From contig CBDCSR010000003.1 of NCBI GenBank assembly GCA_965221785.1, forward strand, positions 445,059-477,058: a stretch of DNA of 32,000 bases, written 5' to 3'. The stretch's first letter is position 1. Each line of letters starts with the position of its first letter. Below the pieces are notes generated by a model, which had not been told where the DNA came from, did not search any database, and saw only the letters and a list, made by a program, of their open reading frames with translations. This document shows, one piece after another, positions 1-8,400 of the stretch. The position numbers and the translations under genes were made by a program. This DNA is from Longimicrobiales bacterium. GTDB lineage: Bacteria > Gemmatimonadota > Gemmatimonadetes > Longimicrobiales > Gaopeijiaceae.

Positions 1-22
1 CGAAAATGGAGGCTGGGGAACC

Positions 23-973
23 ATGCCCAACCTTACACGTCGCGAAGTCCTGAAAGCAACCGGCGCCGCCTCGCTGGGGCTGATGATTCCGGGGACCGAT
101 GGGCGCGTCCATGCGCAAGCGGAAGCGGGGGCAGGGAGCAGTGGCCCGGACAGCGATTCTCACGTCCCGCATCCCCGGGACGACGCAGGCACCGGCGCGG
201 CCGTCCAGACCGGCATCACGCAGTCCGTGGCCCGCTGGTGCTTCGAGGACATCCCCCTGCGCCCGTTCTGCGCCGCCGTCGCGGAGATGGGGCTTCCCGC
301 CATCGACCTCCTGCTGGTGGAGGAATGGGCGGTCGCGCACGATCACGGTCTGGTGGTTTCATGCGGCGACGTCGGCGCGGGCACGATAGAGGACGGGCTT
401 AACGAGCCCCGCAACCATGCCGGCATCATCCGCGCCTTCGAGGAGCACATCCCGCGGGCCGCGCGCGAGGGCGTGCCCAACGTGATCTGCTTCTTCGGCA
501 ACCGCCGCGGCATGCCGGACGCGCCGGCCGTCGACAACTCGATCCGGTGTCTGCGCGAATGCGCTCCGATTGCCGAGGCCGAGGACGTCACGATTCTCGT
601 GGAGGCGCTCAACTCCAAGCCCGGCGGACACGTCGACTACATCGGCGACCACATGTCCTACGCCCTCGAGATCATCCGTGCCGTCGACTCTCCCCGCGTG
701 CGCATCCTCTACGACATCTACCACATGCAGATCATGGAGGGCGACATCATCCGCACCCTGACGGATGCCCGCGACTGGATCGGCCACTACCACACCGGCG
801 GCGTCCCCGGGCGCGCGGAGATCGACGAGTCGCAGGAACTCAACTATCCGGCCATCGTGCGCGCGATCCGGGACACGGGCTTCACCGGCTACATGGCCCA
901 CGAGTTCATCCCTCGAAGCGGCGACCCCCTGCGTTCGCTGAGGGAGGCGGTGGAGATGTGCGCTCGGGCGTGA
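23..973 (+). CDS. Xylose-isomerase-like TIM-barrel protein (hydroxypyruvate isomerase family) with twin-arginine signal
   Basis: ATG at 23 preceded by GGAGG (9-13). The N-terminus TRREVLKATGAASLGL looks like a Tat signal. The body carries ILVEALN, DYIGDH, ILYDIYHMQIMEGD and GHYHTGG, which I recognise as Hyi/AP-endonuclease-2 TIM-barrel motifs. Ends TGA. Confidence 0.85.
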   Translation: MPNLTRREVLKATGAASLGLMIPGTDGRVHAQAEAGAGSSGPDSDSHVPHPRDDAGTGAAVQTGITQSVARWCFEDIPLRPFCAAVAEMGLPAIDLLLVEEWAVAHDHGLVVSCGDVGAGTIEDGLNEPRNHAGIIRAFEEHIPRAAREGVPNVICFFGNRRGMPDAPAVDNSIRCLRECAPIAEAEDVTILVEALNSKPGGHVDYIGDHMSYALEIIRAVDSPRVRILYDIYHMQIMEGDIIRTLTDARDWIGHYHTGGVPGRAEIDESQELNYPAIVRAIRDTGFTGYMAHEFIPRSGDPLRSLREAVEMCARA

Positions 974-1029
974 GGTGGCCGGAGACCGCAAGCTGGCGGA
1001 ACTCAAGGGCAGATAAGCGGTCACACAAG

Positions 1030-1112
1030 CTGTCAAATAACGTGTCATCTTGCGAGAACAACTTCCATATCCTGTTGTGATATCGTATCTTGATCTGTCA
1101 CGCAACGTGTCA
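1030..1112 (+). promoter_or_regulatory. Two 18-bp direct repeats, CTGTCA-NNN-AACGTGTCA, in the low-GC leader of the Fic gene (candidate operator sites)
   Basis: CTGTCAAATAACGTGTCA at 1030-1047 and CTGTCACGCAACGTGTCA at 1095-1112, 15/18 identical, 65 bp centre to centre. The second copy ends 17 nt before the ATG at 1129. A TATAAT hexamer is at 1125-1130. Confidence 0.35.
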
Positions 1113-1128
1113 GATAGGATGCAATATA

Positions 1129-2325
1129 ATGGACTGGTCACGTTTCAGCTTCGAGTACCGCCTCGGCTCGAAGGGCTTCATGCCATTGCTAATCCGGATC
1201 GAAGGGCGAAAGGAGGCGGCGATGAGCTTGCTCCTTCCTTCCGACTGGAAGGAAAGGCTCGACCTCCTTAACCGAATCAGGACGATCCATGGCTCGACCG
1301 CGCTTGAAGGCAACCCTCTTTCAGAAACCCAGATTGGCCAATTCCTAAGGGGCAAGACAGGGCTCGATCCCATGAGCAGGGCCATGCGGCAGATTCAGAA
1401 CGCGGACGCTGCACAGGAATGGGTCAGGTCCCGATTCGGGCCCGACAAAGCGCCAATCAGTCTCGAAGACATCCTGCAGATGCACGAACTCATGACGAGG
1501 CTGTCCGACGAAGCCAACAACCTTCCAGGTCGCCTTCGCTCCCACGAAGTTCAGGTCGGTACGCCAGAGTTGGGCGGCATCCATGTCGGCGCGCCTTATG
1601 AGGATCTTCCCAAGCTCATGGCCGACTTCGTCTGTTTCGTGAACGCGTCCCAGCTCAAGATCGAACATCCCGTGGTCAGGGCGCTGCTCGCCCATCTCTT
1701 TCTCGTCACGATCCATCCGTTCGGGGATGGGAATGGCCGTGTCTCGCGACTGGTGGAGGCGGCCATTCTCTATGAGGGTGGATACAACGTCCACGGATTC
1801 TACGGGCTGTCCAACTACTTCTACCGCCACGGAGATGAGTACAAGCTGCGGCTGCAGGAGTGTCGGCGCGTCCAGCCGTTCGACATGGCGCCCTTCGTGG
1901 CATTCGGGCTGCACGGCTTCGAGTCCGAACTGCGGGGGATCAACAACTTCATCAAGACGAAACTGAACCGCCTGGTGTACCGCGACACCATCACCAATGC
2001 GCTCGCTCATCGCGTAAGCAAACGCCGCCAACTGCTCAATGTCCGCGAGTATCAGCTTCTTCGCTTCCTTCTGGAGGAAACCGAGCCGGAAGATCCGTTC
2101 TCGGAAGTTCCGTCCGAGAAGATCCTGCTGAGCGACCTGGTGAACTCGCCTTATGTGACAAGCGCCTATCAGGATGTGACGTGGAGGACATTCCGGCGGG
2201 AACTAACGCGGTTGGCCGAGCTTGGGTTCATCGTCTTCGATCATCTGCCCGAGTCAGGCGACTACACCGTCGAGATCGATTTCGGGGTCATTGAGAGGGA
2301 CTTCGACGAAATCGGGAGCGGCTAG
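1129..2325 (+). CDS. Fic family protein (class II, N-terminal inhibitory helix; AMPylase-type) with C-terminal winged-helix-like region
   Basis: Fic motif HPFGDGNGRVSR. Inhibitory motif S-x-x-x-E-G (STALEGN). The N-terminus MDWSRFSFEY resembles the usual W..F.Y start of this family. Alternative starts are 1090 (ORF-track start) and ATG 1222 (AGGAGG 6 nt upstream). GC is about 57%, clearly below the flanks. Confidence 0.85.
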   Translation: MDWSRFSFEYRLGSKGFMPLLIRIEGRKEAAMSLLLPSDWKERLDLLNRIRTIHGSTALEGNPLSETQIGQFLRGKTGLDPMSRAMRQIQNADAAQEWVRSRFGPDKAPISLEDILQMHELMTRLSDEANNLPGRLRSHEVQVGTPELGGIHVGAPYEDLPKLMADFVCFVNASQLKIEHPVVRALLAHLFLVTIHPFGDGNGRVSRLVEAAILYEGGYNVHGFYGLSNYFYRHGDEYKLRLQECRRVQPFDMAPFVAFGLHGFESELRGINNFIKTKLNRLVYRDTITNALAHRVSKRRQLLNVREYQLLRFLLEETEPEDPFSEVPSEKILLSDLVNSPYVTSAYQDVTWRTFRRELTRLAELGFIVFDHLPESGDYTVEIDFGVIERDFDEIGSG

Positions 2326-2329
2326 TGGT

Positions 2330-2344
2330 GGAGACGTCGTCTCC
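2330..2344 (+). terminator. Short palindrome GGAGACGTCGTCTCC directly after the Fic stop (weak terminator candidate, no U-tract)
   Basis: Read directly: GGAGACG / CGTCTCC arms 5 nt after the TAG at 2323-2325. Confidence 0.25.
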
Positions 2345-2460
2345 GCGCGCCGCCCTCCATCGACCTCAAGACCTGTGGCACGCCGTTGCGGATGTGGGCT
2401 GCGCGGTGACTACATTGCGTCAGTGACAAACCGAACACCCCGGGCAGTGAGGAGGACAAC

Positions 2461-2781
2461 ATGGCCAAGTACATGTTTCGCACCAGCTACACGCAAACGG
2501 GCCTGAAGGGGCTGCTCGCCGAGGGCGGCACCGGCCGGGAGGCCGCCCTGCGCCAGACAATCGAGGCGGCGGGCGGAACTCTGGAGGGGTTCTACTACGC
2601 CTTTGGCGATTGCGACCTCTATCTGATCGCCGACCTTCCCGACGAGGCGACGGCGACGGCGCTCTCGCTCAACATTGCCGCCGCGGGTGCGCTCACGGTG
2701 TCGGTGACCGTTCTCCTCACCCCGGAGACGGTGGACGAAGCGGTTGGGAAGGCGGTGCCTTACCGGTTGCCCGGCGCCTGA
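2461..2781 (+). CDS. GYD domain-containing protein
   Basis: MAKYMFRTSYT...GLKGL...EAAGG.LEGFYYAFGDCDLYLIADLPD matches the GYD family pattern. GAGGAGG lies 6 nt upstream of the ATG. Confidence 0.85.
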   Translation: MAKYMFRTSYTQTGLKGLLAEGGTGREAALRQTIEAAGGTLEGFYYAFGDCDLYLIADLPDEATATALSLNIAAAGALTVSVTVLLTPETVDEAVGKAVPYRLPGA

Positions 2782-2821
2782 GGCCGGGCAGGGGCGGCCG
2801 GAAAGCCTGCCAATTGGCGCG

Positions 2822-3319
2822 TCACGACTGCGCCGACTCCGGTAACTGCGCGCGCCCCTCGTCCTCCGGCAACCGCGTCAGCGTGAGTGCCAGTTCGGCG
2901 GCAAACTCTTCCGCGATCAGCCGGTCGGTGCGCTTGATCCTCAGCACGAGCTTCGAGGGATGCTTGAGCTTGAGGCCCTGGGGTCCGGCGATCTTCTCGA
3001 AGGCGAGGAGGTCCGCAGCGGTGATGGTGAGCCTCGGGCCGACCAGCCTCCACCATTTCCGACGGGTCACGACGGCACCCGCGACCTTGGCGAGCGGGAT
3101 CACGATCTCGTTCACGGGCTCGATCGCTTCGCGGGTCTCGTAGCCGCTGCCTTCCATCGATTCGGTCACCACCGCAACGCGCCACTGGATTACCAGGCGG
3201 TCCGCCTCCAGCCGCACGAGGCCATGCGCCGTCTCGGTGGTGGATTCGTATCCTCCGCCGGATGTGTAGAGGTCGGAACTGCGTTTGAGGGTGAAGGGAA
3301 CGGCGCTCACGACGGGCAT
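2822..3319 (-). CDS. Hypothetical protein (165 aa), no family recognised
   Basis: Protein-like composition with no low-complexity Arg/Pro runs. The ATG is 4 nt downstream of the stop of the preceding same-strand dehydrogenase gene, so it is probably co-transcribed. Confidence 0.6.
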   Translation of the reverse strand: MPVVSAVPFTLKRSSDLYTSGGGYESTTETAHGLVRLEADRLVIQWRVAVVTESMEGSGYETREAIEPVNEIVIPLAKVAGAVVTRRKWWRLVGPRLTITAADLLAFEKIAGPQGLKLKHPSKLVLRIKRTDRLIAEEFAAELALTLTRLPEDEGRAQLPESAQS

Positions 3320-3323
3320 CGGT

Positions 3324-4382
3324 CTAATACATCCTCTTGCTCTGGAAGATGTTGCGCATGTCTTCCAGGCGCCCGTCCAGGTAGCAGCGCAGGTTGTGGC
3401 GGAAGATGTCGGTGATCTTCCGGTTCTCGCTCGCGGCGTTCGCCGAGGAGTGAGGGCTGACGATCACGTTGGGCATGTCCCAGAAGGGGCTGTCGGCCGG
3501 GAGCGGCTCGTCCGCGAACACGTCGAGGCCCGCGAGGGCGATGCGGTCGGCGCGCAGTGCCTCGACGAGGGCCGGCTCGTCCACGACCCCGCCCCGCGCC
3601 ACGTTGACCAGAATCGCGCCCGGCTTCAGGGCTCGCAACGCGGCGTCGTCGATGAGCCTGTCGGTCGCCGGCGTGTGGGGGACGCTGAGGACCAACGCGT
3701 CGGTTTCGGCGAGCATCTGGTGCATGGCGGCGTTGGCATATAGCGCGTCAACACCCAGCTCCTCGGCCGTGCGGCGCGACCCCGGGCTGGCCAGTGCAAC
3801 GACGCGCATCCCGAACGAGCGGCCCACCAGGGCGACCTTTTGCCCCACTTCTCCCGCCCCGATTATCGCCAGCGTCCTGCCTTCCAGCTCCTCTCCGCAG
3901 AAACGCTCCCACCGGCGCCGGCGCTGAAGATCGGCGAGATGCGCGAACCTGCGCACGTGCGCGAGCAGGATGAGGAAGACGAACTCGGCCAGCGGGCCGC
4001 CGTGCACGCCGCGCGCGGTCGTGATCAGCAGGTCCGAGTCGAGCAGCCCCAACGCCTCGACCGTCCGGCCCACTCCTGAACTCGTCCCCTGGATCCAGCG
4101 CACGTTGGGCGCGTATGCGAGCCCTCCGCTTCCGTCGGGGTTGCGCGGCGGGAAGTCCCAGAGGATGTCGGCGCGCCCGAGGTATGCCTTCCAGCGCGCC
4201 TGCTGCTCGGGCGTGCGGCGGAAGTCGGCGGGGCCGGTGTGGTCGGCTTCGTAGCGCTTCGGCGGAAGGACATCCGGATCGTAGACGACTTCGAGCCGCT
4301 CGCGGTCGACGGCCCGGATGCGCCCCACCTGTTCGGGCTCGAGTGGGCTGGCGATGAAGATGTTGAGGCGTTTCGGAGTCAT
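3324..4382 (-). CDS. D-isomer-specific 2-hydroxyacid dehydrogenase family protein (NAD-binding)
   Basis: LEGRTLAIIGAGEVGQKVA Rossmann motif. ILVNVARGGVVDE and SPHSS motifs are typical of the D-2-HADH family. I chose the start at MTPKRLNIFIAS (4382); the ORF-track start at 4430 is the alternative. Confidence 0.85.
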   Translation of the reverse strand: MTPKRLNIFIASPLEPEQVGRIRAVDRERLEVVYDPDVLPPKRYEADHTGPADFRRTPEQQARWKAYLGRADILWDFPPRNPDGSGGLAYAPNVRWIQGTSSGVGRTVEALGLLDSDLLITTARGVHGGPLAEFVFLILLAHVRRFAHLADLQRRRRWERFCGEELEGRTLAIIGAGEVGQKVALVGRSFGMRVVALASPGSRRTAEELGVDALYANAAMHQMLAETDALVLSVPHTPATDRLIDDAALRALKPGAILVNVARGGVVDEPALVEALRADRIALAGLDVFADEPLPADSPFWDMPNVIVSPHSSANAASENRKITDIFRHNLRCYLDGRLEDMRNIFQSKRMY

Positions 4383-4412
4383 GGGAGATGTTGGGAGATG
4401 TTGGGAGATGTG
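4383..4412. repeat. Perfect-to-near-perfect 10-bp tandem repeat x3 (GGGAGATGTT GGGAGATGTT GGGAGATGTG)
   Basis: Read directly from the sequence. It abuts the preferred start codon (4382) of the minus-strand dehydrogenase gene. Confidence 0.9.
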
Positions 4413-4689
4413 CGGATGGCGGGAATCCATGGAAATGTGGGGAGGCCGGAGCCCCTGCGTTCCCAGGCCGCTGGGGAACGGCCCTCGAACAACCTACACG
4501 CATGAGCCTCACGTGCAGATGGGCGGCATCGTGACGGATCCCCGAGTTGCCGCCACACGGCGGCGCACATTCCCCTCACTCGGGCTCGTGCATGTTCCGG
4601 TAACCCCGCCGCCTCCTTAGTATCATCCGGTTCCGGTCCACATCCTCCGGTGCTGAACGCCGTTCGTTCCCTCATCCCGCACGAGAATC

Positions 4690-7311
4690 ATGTTTGCCAC
4701 CATCGCTCTCGCCGCCCTGCTGCAGCTCCCCGGTCCCCAGGCGCCCGCCTCGCCGGGCGAGTTCGTTCCCGGTACGACGTACGATCCCGCCATCCCCACG
4801 ATACAGTCCGTGGTGGGGCACGAGGTCTGGGAGGTGGTCACGCCCCCCGACCAGGTCGTGCGCTACTTCGAGGCGCTGGCCGAGGCGGCTCCGGACCGGA
4901 CGCACCTGATCCACTACGCCGACAGCTGGGAGGGACGGCCGCTGGTGATCATGGTGATCGGGACGCCGGAGCGGATCGCGTCGCTGGATGAGATCAAGGC
5001 GGGGCTGGCGCGGCTGGCCAATCCGGAGGGACTGTCGGACGCCGAGGCGGAGGAACTCATCGCCGGGCTGCCGGTGGTCACCGCGCTCATGCACAGCATC
5101 CACGGCAACGAGATCAGTCCCTCCGGGGCGGCCATGATGGAGGCCTACCACCTGCTGGCCGCGGAGAACGACCCGAACGTCGACCTCATCTTCGCCGAGT
5201 CGCTGGTGCTCATCGATCCGGTGGAGAATCCGGACGGGCGCAACCGCTTCGTCCAGGAGAACACCATGGCGGCGGCGGCCACGCCCAACATCGAGACGTA
5301 TTCGGCGGAGCACGACGAGCGCTGGCCGGGCGGGCGCGTCAACCACTACCTGTTCGATCTGAACCGCGACCTCTTCATCCAGAGCCAGGTAGAGACGCGG
5401 GGCAAGGTGGAGATCTTCCTGGAGTACTGGCCGCACATCGTGGCCGACCTGCATGAGATGGGCGGCGACGCCACCTACTTCTTCCCGCCCACGGCCCCTC
5501 CCGAGAATCCCTGGTACGGTGAGCGCCAGATCGCGCTGATGGATGTTTTCGGGCGCGCCAACGCCGCCGCGTTCGACGCGCGGGGCTTCGCCTACTTCAA
5601 CCGCGAAGTCTTCGACCTCTTCTATCCGGGCTACGTGGACATGTGGCCGATGAATCACGGGGCGCTCGGCATGACCTACGAACAGGCGTCGGCGCGGGCG
5701 CTGGTGCTCGAGCAGTCCGACGGCGATGTGCTGACCTACGGGGACGGAGTCCTGCACCAGTTCACCGCCGCCATGGCCACGGCGCACACCTCCGCCGTCA
5801 ACCGCGAGCGCATCCTCACCGACTACCTGGCCTTCCGCCGGGAGGGGATCGAGCTGGGCGGCCAGGGCGTCGCCGAGTACGTCCTTCACTCCGCCCACGA
5901 CCCGGGGATGGCGGAGCGGCTGGCGCGCATGCTGGTGCGCAACGGCATCGAGGTGCGTGAGGCCAGCGGACCGGTCAGCGTCCAGGGCCGCCAACTCCCG
6001 GCCGAGGGGACCTTCATTGTCCCCATGGACCGGCCGACGCACCGGTTCGCGCGCAACCTGCTCGACGCGCATGTGCCCATGGCGGAGGACTTCGTCCAGG
6101 AGCAGATCGACCGGCGCGCCCGGCGGGAGCCCGACCAGATCTACGACATTACCGCGTGGAGCCAGTCGCTGCTGTGGGATGTGGAGGCCATCACCGTCGA
6201 CCGGCCGACCGGAGCGGCGGGCGCCCTGGTCGCCGCCAACCGCGAGCCGGAAGCTCTCGCGCTCCCGGAGGCAACCGTAGGCTACCTCCTCCCGTGGGGC
6301 ACCAACGCGGCCGGCGCGGTCGTGGAAGCCCTGCGCGAAGGCGTGCGCGTGCGTGCGGCCGGCGCCCGCTTCACGCTGGAGGGACGCGAATACCCGATGG
6401 GCACCGCCATCGTGCGCACCACGGAGAACGGACCCGACCTGCGCGCGACGCTGGGGCGCATCGCCGGCGCCCACGGAGCCGAAGTCGTTCCCATCGACGG
6501 CGCCTACGTGACCGAAGGGACGTCGCTGGGCAGCAACGCCACACGAGGGTTGCGCGAGCCGAGGGTGCTGCTGGTCTACGACGAGCCCGGCCAGACCTAC
6601 TCGGTGGGCTGGACCCGTTACGTCCTGGAGCGCCGCTACGCCCAGGCTACCACGGTCGTGCGCGCCTCCAGCCTGGGCCGCGCGGACCTGAACCGCTACG
6701 ACGTCATCGTCTTCCCCAGCGGCAGCTACTCCGGCGCCGTCGGCGGTGGCCTGCAGGACCGGCTGAGCGAGTGGATGCGCGGCGGCGGCACCCTGATCAC
6801 CATGGCCGAGTCGACCCGCTGGGCAGCTCGCGCAGGGCTGCTCGCCACCACCGCCGAGCGCCGCGGGGGCCGCGCCGACGCCGACGATCCCCCGGATCCC
6901 GGCACCCCGGACCAGCCCATCGACTACCTGGATGCCATCGTCCCGCCGGACGAAGCTCCCGCGTCCGTGCCCGGCGCCATCATCAGGGTGCTGCTCGACG
7001 ACGACCACTGGCTCACCTCCGGCACCGACGGGGAAATCGGGGTGCTGGTGGTGGGATCGCGGGTATTCCGGCCGGTAACCCTGGACGACGGCACCAACGT
7101 CGGACGCTATGCGGACGAGAGCGATCTCCTTCTGGGCGGGATCGTCTGGGAGGAATCCCGGCCGCAGCTGGCCAACAAGGCCTTCCTGATCCATCAGCCC
7201 GTCGGGTCCGGGCAGATCGTGGCCTTCGCGGAGGATCCCAACTACCGTGCCTACGCGGAAGCGACCCAGCTTCTGTTCATGAACGCCGTCCTGCTCGGAC
7301 CGGGACGCTGA
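4690..7311 (+). CDS. M14 family zinc carboxypeptidase, large secreted form (873 aa)
   Basis: HSIHGNEISPSG (the HxxE zinc site of M14) and DLHEMGG. Hydrophobic N-terminal signal MFATIALAALLQLPGPQAPA. Confidence 0.85.
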   Translation: MFATIALAALLQLPGPQAPASPGEFVPGTTYDPAIPTIQSVVGHEVWEVVTPPDQVVRYFEALAEAAPDRTHLIHYADSWEGRPLVIMVIGTPERIASLDEIKAGLARLANPEGLSDAEAEELIAGLPVVTALMHSIHGNEISPSGAAMMEAYHLLAAENDPNVDLIFAESLVLIDPVENPDGRNRFVQENTMAAAATPNIETYSAEHDERWPGGRVNHYLFDLNRDLFIQSQVETRGKVEIFLEYWPHIVADLHEMGGDATYFFPPTAPPENPWYGERQIALMDVFGRANAAAFDARGFAYFNREVFDLFYPGYVDMWPMNHGALGMTYEQASARALVLEQSDGDVLTYGDGVLHQFTAAMATAHTSAVNRERILTDYLAFRREGIELGGQGVAEYVLHSAHDPGMAERLARMLVRNGIEVREASGPVSVQGRQLPAEGTFIVPMDRPTHRFARNLLDAHVPMAEDFVQEQIDRRARREPDQIYDITAWSQSLLWDVEAITVDRPTGAAGALVAANREPEALALPEATVGYLLPWGTNAAGAVVEALREGVRVRAAGARFTLEGREYPMGTAIVRTTENGPDLRATLGRIAGAHGAEVVPIDGAYVTEGTSLGSNATRGLREPRVLLVYDEPGQTYSVGWTRYVLERRYAQATTVVRASSLGRADLNRYDVIVFPSGSYSGAVGGGLQDRLSEWMRGGGTLITMAESTRWAARAGLLATTAERRGGRADADDPPDPGTPDQPIDYLDAIVPPDEAPASVPGAIIRVLLDDDHWLTSGTDGEIGVLVVGSRVFRPVTLDDGTNVGRYADESDLLLGGIVWEESRPQLANKAFLIHQPVGSGQIVAFAEDPNYRAYAEATQLLFMNAVLLGPGR

Positions 7312-7381
7312 AGAAGGGCGAAGACTAGAGCGCGCGCTGGGAGAGCGCGTGCACGCTCAACCTCAACATGGAAACGACCGA

Positions 7382-8365
7382 ATGAAGATCTGCGTGGTGG
7401 GCGCGGGAGCCATCGGCGGACTGCTCGCCGTAAAGCTCGCGAATGCGGGAGAGGACGTGACGGTCATCGATCAGGGCCCGCACCTGGAGGCTATCCGGCA
7501 GGGCGGGCTCAAGCTGATCATGGCCGACGGGTCGGAGCATCATGCGGTGCTCGACGCCCGCGGCGACATGGAGGGCGTGGGCGAGCAGGACCTCGTCATC
7601 CTGGCGGTGAAGGCGCAGGTGCTGCCGGCGGTGGCTTCGGGGGTCCGCGGCATGCTCGGTCCCGGGACCATGGTCGTCCCGGTTCAGAACGGGCTTCCCT
7701 GGTGGTACTTCGAGAAGCATGGCGGCGAGTTCGCGGGGCACCGGCTGCAGACGCTGGACCCCGACGGCGTCCTCGCCGACAGCATCGACGTCGATCACAT
7801 CGTGGGTACGGTGACCTTCCCGGCGGGCGAGATCGCCGCGCCCGGGGTGGTGCGCCACACCGAGGGCAACCGCTTTCCCATCGGCGAGCTCGACGGCTCG
7901 CGCACGGACCGCGCCCAGCTGCTGGTGGACACGCTCACGCGGGCCGGCTTCAAGTCGTTCGTCATCGAGGACATCCGCGCCGAGATGTGGCTCAAGCTCT
8001 GGGGCAACCTCTCCTTCAACCCCATCAGCGCCCTCACCCGGGCCACGCTCGTGGACATCTGCCAATACCCGCTCACGCGGCAACTGGCGCGTACGCTGAT
8101 GGAGGAAGCCCAGGAGGTGGCGGGCAAGCTGGGGATCACCTTCCGGGTCGGGATCGACCGGCGCATCGCGGGCGCGGAGCGCGTGGGCGCGCACAAGACC
8201 TCGATGCTCCAGGACGTCGAGGCGGGGCGCTCGCTCGAGATCGACGCCATAATCGGCGTGGTCTCCGAGTTCGGGCAGCTGGTGGGGGTGCCCACCCCGA
8301 GCGTGGACGCCATCCAGGCCCTGGTGGCGCTGCTCGACAAGGGCGTGCGGGAGGGAACGGTCTAG
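7382..8365 (+). CDS. panE: 2-dehydropantoate 2-reductase (ketopantoate reductase, ApbA/PanE family)
   Basis: MKICVVGAGAIGG Rossmann start. C-terminal KTSMLQDVEAGRSLEIDAIIG motif is typical of PanE. The start is taken at ATG 7382, not the ORF-track 7349. Confidence 0.85.
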   Translation: MKICVVGAGAIGGLLAVKLANAGEDVTVIDQGPHLEAIRQGGLKLIMADGSEHHAVLDARGDMEGVGEQDLVILAVKAQVLPAVASGVRGMLGPGTMVVPVQNGLPWWYFEKHGGEFAGHRLQTLDPDGVLADSIDVDHIVGTVTFPAGEIAAPGVVRHTEGNRFPIGELDGSRTDRAQLLVDTLTRAGFKSFVIEDIRAEMWLKLWGNLSFNPISALTRATLVDICQYPLTRQLARTLMEEAQEVAGKLGITFRVGIDRRIAGAERVGAHKTSMLQDVEAGRSLEIDAIIGVVSEFGQLVGVPTPSVDAIQALVALLDKGVREGTV

Positions 8366-8371
8366 AACATA

Positions 8372-8394
8372 GACTTAGTCCACAGAACTAAGTC
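8372..8394. terminator. AT-rich hairpin between convergent genes (candidate bidirectional terminator)
   Basis: GACTTAGT (8372-8379), a 7-nt loop, then ACTAAGTC (8387-8394), a perfect 8-bp stem. It sits in the 35-nt gap between panE (+) and the DUF2723 gene (-). Confidence 0.5.
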
Positions 8395-8400
8395 CGCTCC

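Noticed and set aside
2782-2821. GC-rich imperfect inverted repeat (GGCAGG...CCTGCC) between the convergent GYD and hypothetical genes, as a terminator
   Set aside because: The stem is only 6 bp with a 13-nt loop and no U-tract. It cannot be distinguished from chance in GC-rich DNA.
4383-4412. The tandem repeat as a CRISPR array or minisatellite
   Set aside because: There are only three contiguous 10-bp units with no spacers. No CRISPR-like repeat-spacer architecture and no cas genes occur anywhere in the window.
4672-7194. 840-aa minus-strand ORF antisense to the M14 peptidase gene
   Set aside because: Its composition is extremely Arg/Gly/Pro/His/Val-rich with no recognisable motif. It fully overlaps a gene with clear family motifs on the other strand, a typical high-GC shadow ORF.
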